64,000 nucleotides of DNA from an uncultured Prevotellaceae bacterium. GTDB taxonomy: Bacteria; Bacteroidota; Bacteroidia; Bacteroidales; Bacteroidaceae. The position numbers were made by a program, and so were the translations under genes. Shown one piece after another: positions 59,401-64,000 of this stretch; the stretch's first letter is position 1; each line of letters begins with the position of its first letter. A model generated the notes under the pieces. That model ran no database searches. It worked only from the letters and a program-made list of their open reading frames with translations, and was not told the DNA's origin. The stretch spans positions 1,939-65,938 of the forward strand of contig CACZDV010000009.1 in assembly GCA_902780025.1 (NCBI GenBank), written 5' to 3'.

Positions 59401-59864
59401 TTAACCTGCAGTATGACAACTGGGCATTGAAGACCAGCTTCAACTACCGCCAAGGTATTAAGATTGTGAACTCGGCCAAGATGGGGCTGGAGGAAATGTT
59501 TAACTCTTACAACCAGAGTTCGGCTGTCAACTGGCGCTGGCGCAAGAACGGTGATGTGACCGTGATTCCACGTGCTATGTTCGATACGGGTTATAACTGG
59601 TTGGGAAGTGACCGCTATGTGGAAGATGCTTCATTCGTCAGAATGAGCTACATTCAGTTATCCTACAACTTCAAGAAGAAGACGCTGAAGGCCTTAGGCT
59701 TGAACCGTATGACGATGAGTCTCTCTGGTCAGAATCTGTTCTGCTGGAGCAAGTACAGTGGTACTGATCCTGAGCACTCTCCTGGTTCATGGGGTATTGC
59801 CTACGACAATTCGCAGACGCCTCGAAGCAAGTCAGTAACGATGAACATCCAAGTGGGATTCTAA
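56430..59864 (+). CDS. susC: SusC/RagA TonB-dependent transporter
   Basis: LKDAAATAIWGSRGANGVI, LKWERT, GDAIYEDVNNDG, C-terminal F. Confidence 0.95.
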   Translation: MKNMNSIKYIICIICAICGMSTTVVAQEARISGTVNDSFGPVMMCNVVEIDGNNRNISFTQTDLNGNFSMTVKNVKNKLRISYVGYQTVTLPIGTRTRFDIKLQDATQIKEVTVVAKRKFNQGGLAIPEREVSVAAQTFSMKEVEGLAFTSADEALQGQIAGLDIVANSGNLGSGTTMRLRGVTSINGSAEPLIVVDGNIFDNPDANFDFQNANEETYASLLSVNPSDIEDIQVLKDAAATAIWGSRGANGVIQIRTKRGARGATRVDYSLRVQASWQPKGYNLLNGDDYTMMLKEMYYNPAQSATATTNINEINYNRSWAEFENWNNNTDWVDEIQQMAWSQYHYLTISGGGEKANFRVSAGYDHQNGTIIKQKLDRFTTKLALDYFVSDRITFRTTFPLTYTSNHRNYDDNILGRAQKLSPNMSVFRQDMQGLDTDEFYIMLPSPTEAQRSAAGFSNANEAGSYIAGTSASQLGAIRDLGNPVAIANLAWRDEKTYRISPEFRLDYYLLSKDDSSTQLNYSGLVYMDIFSKSEPKYWPGSLSTRGWNDSNYNRSQVYDYNSLAFTTRHTMTFTPHFNNEDLMSTMLFRWEMTSGNDNSQTVVNRNAPNGTTSPTVDTAIESMSTGNGQWRSMSGTYSGHFSYKSRYAFDLSLRADGTTKFGDSKKWGWFPGVSARWNISDEPFMKWSKKWLSMLSFRPSWGIVGRQPDGQYLQYAKYNTSGVYGSISDKHSVTYLEGLQLNELKWERTTQYNLGGDFGFFDDRITGDFNYYFKRTKDLLMGGVRIPSSTGFSSLAWANVGEMTNRGWELNMSANKIITIGKFSLSANFNISQNFNEIVDMDESVLESINAEWDSSKRGQYLNRIQKGNPLGSIYGLRYKGVYQYTYEYLTNLKQSNGWTGEQLEEYINNEFLAKGKTAPIAISSEGTVMMNAKGEPIRQVYNFDSGTATYEFQGGDAIYEDVNNDGQINSLDIVYLGNSNPHLNGGFGFNLQYDNWALKTSFNYRQGIKIVNSAKMGLEEMFNSYNQSSAVNWRWRKNGDVTVIPRAMFDTGYNWLGSDRYVEDASFVRMSYIQLSYNFKKKTLKALGLNRMTMSLSGQNLFCWSKYSGTDPEHSPGSWGIAYDNSQTPRSKSVTMNIQVGF

Positions 59865-59898
59865 ACAATGAGTAATTAGAAATTAGAAATAAGGAATT

Positions 59899-61680
59899 AT
59901 GATTACTACAAGTATAAAGAAATATATTGCGAAGTGTATGCTGTGCTGCGGTGCTGCTGCAGCCCTTGCCAGCTGCAATGACTTCCTGACCATCTATCCC
60001 ACCGACCGCATTGTGGGCGAAGACTTCTGGAAGACCAAGTCAGATGTGAATCAGATGGTGGACGGCTGTTATCACAGCATGCTGAGCTACGACGTTCAGG
60101 AGCGAGCCATTATCTGGGGTAGTTTCCGTTCTGACGAACTGGTGAAGTTGGAAAACTATAACGACAATACGCTTGACAACATCAGTGCAGTCAACTTGCT
60201 GCCTACCAACAAGTATAACTCTTGGTCTGCCTTCTACAAGGTAATCAACAGTTGCAACATCGTGCTGAACCACGCTACCGACGTGATGGCTGAAGACCCC
60301 GAGTTCACTGAGGGTGACTATCAGGTGATACGTGCCCAGATGCTGGCACTCCGCAGCCTGTGTTACTTCTATTTGGTTAGGTCATTCCGCGACATTCCCT
60401 ATGTCACCCGTTCCTATGAGGATGACAGCCAGATAGAGCCGATGGAGCAGAGTGCGCCGGAAACCGTTCTGCAGCACTGTCTGGACGATCTTGACGAAGC
60501 ACGTCAGTTTATTATGCGCTCTGGGTCTTATGGACGTAACGACTGGCGTAATTGGGGATATATGACCCGTGATGCCGTTCATGCTCTGATGGCCGATATT
60601 TACCTGTGGAGAGCAGCTATGACCCACAGCACCAGCGACTATCAGCAGGCTATTGCCTTCAGCGATTCGGTTATCAATGCCAAAGATGCCTATTACAAGC
60701 TGTATCAGGAGATTGAGATTACCAGCAAGGAAGAGGATCGCTATCATCTGGAAGATGGTGACAAAGTCATGCAGACCATCTTCAATACCGACAGAGGTAA
60801 CACCCATGAAAGTATTCTGGAGTGGCAGTATAACGGCCGTAACAATTCCAATACCGCATTGGAGAATTATTATTACGAGACTGGCAATGATGACAATCAT
60901 GCACAGACCAGTGCCCTGATGGCTTCTCAGATATTCAATTCAATAGCAACGAACGCCAACACTGCAGAGGCCCAGAAGATTTATCTGACAAAGAATGACT
61001 ATCGCTTCTGGAACTTCGTGTACGAGGCAAACAACGAAGAAGCTCAGCAACTGAGTATCCGTAAGATGGTGGATGCTACGGGCGATGTAGTAGAGGTTAC
61101 CTCCAATGTCGGCCCTGCGAAGAGCAATGCCAGAAACTTTAAGGAGTTCCGCCAGAACTGGATTGTCTATCGTCTGACAGATGTCATGCTGATGCAGGCC
61201 GAGGCATTGGTAGAGACTGCCGCCAACGACAGTGACCTGGTGCCGCTAAGAAAAGCCTTTGACCTGGTTCAGGCTGTCAATAAGCGCTCGTTGAAGAAGA
61301 ATGCTGCCGACACGCTGAAGTTCGAGAATTTCAAGTCGAAAGATGACTTTGAACTGCTGGTTTTGGCTGAACGCGAACGCGAGCTGTGTTTTGAGGGAAA
61401 GCGCTGGTACGATCTGATGCGTTACTGCTATCGCCACATGGAGGGCGTCAATGCCCGTCAGCGTTTAGCTGATGCAGGAGCTTGGCCAGAACTCTATTCT
61501 CCTATGCTTCACATGATTATCAGAAAGTATGGTACGGGCGGTGAAGGTGATGCCGTTTCTTACAAGATGAAGAGCGAACCCTACCTCTACTGGCCTATTC
61601 TGGAAAGCGAGATTAAAGTGAACAATCTCCTGAAACAGAACCCTGTTTATATACAGGAGAAATCCACATCGAAGAATTAG
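59899..61680 (+). CDS. susD: RagB/SusD family lipoprotein
   Basis: LASC-NDFL; YRLTDVMLMQAEA, ERERELCFEGKRWYDL. Confidence 0.93.
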   Translation: MITTSIKKYIAKCMLCCGAAAALASCNDFLTIYPTDRIVGEDFWKTKSDVNQMVDGCYHSMLSYDVQERAIIWGSFRSDELVKLENYNDNTLDNISAVNLLPTNKYNSWSAFYKVINSCNIVLNHATDVMAEDPEFTEGDYQVIRAQMLALRSLCYFYLVRSFRDIPYVTRSYEDDSQIEPMEQSAPETVLQHCLDDLDEARQFIMRSGSYGRNDWRNWGYMTRDAVHALMADIYLWRAAMTHSTSDYQQAIAFSDSVINAKDAYYKLYQEIEITSKEEDRYHLEDGDKVMQTIFNTDRGNTHESILEWQYNGRNNSNTALENYYYETGNDDNHAQTSALMASQIFNSIATNANTAEAQKIYLTKNDYRFWNFVYEANNEEAQQLSIRKMVDATGDVVEVTSNVGPAKSNARNFKEFRQNWIVYRLTDVMLMQAEALVETAANDSDLVPLRKAFDLVQAVNKRSLKKNAADTLKFENFKSKDDFELLVLAERERELCFEGKRWYDLMRYCYRHMEGVNARQRLADAGAWPELYSPMLHMIIRKYGTGGEGDAVSYKMKSEPYLYWPILESEIKVNNLLKQNPVYIQEKSTSKN

Positions 61681-61704
61681 TTCAAACCTTATATATCTGG
61701 AGTT

Positions 61705-63759
61705 ATGATCAATAAATTGAAATATATCATTTGTGGGGTCTGCATTGTCTGCGGCTTTTATAGCTGTAAAGAAGACATTGATGAGTCTAACCTCTATACG
61801 TTTACGGGTGAGACCATCGAGGACTACCTGACAAACCGTAGCGAACGCTTCAGCAGCTTCAACTACATTCTGTCGCGTATCGGTTATGATAAGATTCTGG
61901 CCGCCTATGGTACGTACACCTGCTTCGCCCCTGATAATGAGGCTGTGACTGAATACATCGACAGCCTTTATGACGATACGGTAAACAAAGACCTGCCCCA
62001 TAACGGCATGACGTCACGTGGGCTGGAGGGACTTACCGACTCGTTGTGCAAGGATATCGCCCTTTTCCACCTGCTCAGTACTAAGGTAATGGGTATCAAC
62101 ATGGGAAATGGTATGACGATTAAAACGATGCTGGGTCGAGACATCAACACCGCCATTGACCCCGCTTCGGGTGAGGTGGTCATCAGCCGAGCCTCAGCTG
62201 TGACCAGTATGGACAACGAGCTGGAAAACGGTGTTCTTCATGAGATTAGTTGTGTGTTGCGCCGTTCTAATATGCTTATTAGCGGTGAGATGGAGAACCA
62301 TCCCGATATCTTTACGCTTTTCTCACAGGCATTGAAACTGACAGGCTTGGCTGACTCATTGTCTGCACAAAGCCATAAGAACTTCTCGTCAGTTGACAAC
62401 CGTCGCGGCTTTTACTTGCCGGAAAAATGTGAGTTGGGTTACACCATCTTTGCTGAGACCGACCAGACCCTGGCCGATAAAGGCATAAACAACATGGAAG
62501 ACCTGAAAGCCTATGCTGATAGTGTTTATAGCGAATGTGCTGTGCCGGGAACCGGCTGGTACGATTATGCTCGTAACAACAATATCAAGATAAGCACTGA
62601 CAATGATTATAAGAATCCTTGGAATACGCTCAGTATGTTTGTGCGCTACCACATTCTGAAGTGCAAGATTCCTTACGATAAGCTGGTCCATCCGCATAAC
62701 CAGATCTCGAAAGTCACGCTGGTGGAGTTCTACGAAACCATGCTGCCTTATACGCTCATCAAGATTACCCGTAATAACAACCGACTCATGGTCAACCGCT
62801 GGACAGCCAACAACTCGCTTACCGATATGGTGGCAGAATTGGGCTCCGCTGCCATGCACACGGTACTCTATGAGGGTGTGGAACTCAAAGGTCTGAGCGC
62901 CCAGGTCTCCGCTGCAAACGGATACATCCATCCGCTTAACAGTATGCTCATCTATGACAAGCGTGTACCGCAGGGTGCGCTTAACGAGCGTCTGCGCTTC
63001 GACGATGCCGGTATGTTCGGCGAAATGATGTCCAACTCCTTCAGGCGTATCAGCGATAGTGAAGTCGATGCCATGAATGGTGGTAAGAAGGGTACTGACG
63101 GTGACCTCAGTGGTAGTTATATCCGTATACCGCCGGGGTTCTTTGAGAACCTGACTATCTACAATGGTGACGACACCCGTCTGTACTACCTCTCAGGTCA
63201 GAGCAGCGGATGGAGTAACTATGAGGGCGATGAGTTCAACTGTAAGGGTAACTACGACTTCGCTTTGAGACTGCCGCCTGTACCTGACGGCACTTATGAA
63301 GTACGCGTGGGCTATACCGCCGAGCTTGCCCGAGGCATGTTGCAGTTCTACTTAGGCACTTCTGACGACCTGACGACGATGAAGGCCCTTGACATTCCTC
63401 TTGACATGCGTCACATCCCAGAAAACAATTCTAATCTGACTCCCGATACTTATACCGGGTGGTGCGACTGGACGCGACTGGACGACAAGGGTATTGAAAG
63501 TGACGCTAATATGCGTAACCTCGGATATATGCGTGGTCCTCTCTATTACACGGTCGGCGTTAACTCAGGCAACTATGCCCGCAACAACCCCAAGGACTTG
63601 CGCCGCATCATTGCCAAGCAGGATTTCAAACAAGGTGAGTATTGGCTGCGCTTCAAGAGCGTGATTGACAATTCAGCCGCCCAGTTCCACCTCGACTACA
63701 TTGAATTCTGCCCTGAGAATGTTTACAACAACACCCGCTATGTGGAAGACATGTATTAA
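61705..63759 (+). CDS. Fasciclin-domain lipoprotein
   Basis: YSC-KED; YTCFAPDNEA, NGVLH, YTIFAETD, NGYIH. Confidence 0.82.
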   Translation: MINKLKYIICGVCIVCGFYSCKEDIDESNLYTFTGETIEDYLTNRSERFSSFNYILSRIGYDKILAAYGTYTCFAPDNEAVTEYIDSLYDDTVNKDLPHNGMTSRGLEGLTDSLCKDIALFHLLSTKVMGINMGNGMTIKTMLGRDINTAIDPASGEVVISRASAVTSMDNELENGVLHEISCVLRRSNMLISGEMENHPDIFTLFSQALKLTGLADSLSAQSHKNFSSVDNRRGFYLPEKCELGYTIFAETDQTLADKGINNMEDLKAYADSVYSECAVPGTGWYDYARNNNIKISTDNDYKNPWNTLSMFVRYHILKCKIPYDKLVHPHNQISKVTLVEFYETMLPYTLIKITRNNNRLMVNRWTANNSLTDMVAELGSAAMHTVLYEGVELKGLSAQVSAANGYIHPLNSMLIYDKRVPQGALNERLRFDDAGMFGEMMSNSFRRISDSEVDAMNGGKKGTDGDLSGSYIRIPPGFFENLTIYNGDDTRLYYLSGQSSGWSNYEGDEFNCKGNYDFALRLPPVPDGTYEVRVGYTAELARGMLQFYLGTSDDLTTMKALDIPLDMRHIPENNSNLTPDTYTGWCDWTRLDDKGIESDANMRNLGYMRGPLYYTVGVNSGNYARNNPKDLRRIIAKQDFKQGEYWLRFKSVIDNSAAQFHLDYIEFCPENVYNNTRYVEDMY

Positions 63760-63792
63760 TCTTTGAATAATGAACATTGAAAATTGAAGATT

Positions 63793-64000
63793 ATGAATAG
63801 CAAGAATATAACCAAATATCTCATCGCCTGTTCGCTGTGCTGTGGTGGTGCTGCAGCTTTCACGGCCTGTGCCGACTGGGACGACCACTACGAAGCCAAC
63901 TCGGCACTGCTGGATTCTCAGCATAAAACGCTATGGCAGAATATCCAGGAAAACGAGAACCTGAAGGAGTTTGCCTCGCTACTGAAGAAGGCAAACTACG
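63793..64000 (+). CDS. Lipoprotein, probably fasciclin-type (3' partial)
   Basis: MNSKNITKYLIACSLCCGGAAAFTAC-ADWDDHYE...; open to the window edge. Confidence 0.75.
   Translation, partial: MNSKNITKYLIACSLCCGGAAAFTACADWDDHYEANSALLDSQHKTLWQNIQENENLKEFASLLKKANY

Overview
Bacteroidota (Prevotella-like) chromosomal window, judged from TAnnTTTG/TTTG promoters, SusC/SusD pairs and T9SS-type C-termini. Housekeeping genes (rpsJ, dnaE, trxA, tadA, birA, pyrH, pssA, psd) surround an accessory region of about 21.5 kb (22.5-44.1 kb). Two paralogous SusC/SusD operons diverge from a 1.2-kb segment holding a tyrosine recombinase and the only recognisable susC promoter. That segment is bounded by an inverted 17-bp palindromic site, consistent with a promoter-inversion switch. 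The whole susCD block is bracketed by in-frame copies of the last 28 codons of tadA (two intact extra copies in opposite orientations, plus one degenerate copy), each converging on different cargo. This suggests tadA is a reusable recombination anchor with interchangeable 3' ends. Next to it, a VirE-family gene abuts a ~400-bp structured element with ~90-bp terminal inverted repeats and internal iteron-like repeats, followed by a RelE-type TA pair and fused gene remnants. Also present: a stand-alone rpsJ, a kinase/pseudokinase pair, a candidate ~90-nt sRNA, a GH5-GH43 enzyme and a fasciclin-type PUL. No rRNA, tRNA or CRISPR was seen. Product calls come from motif recognition only; no database searches were run.
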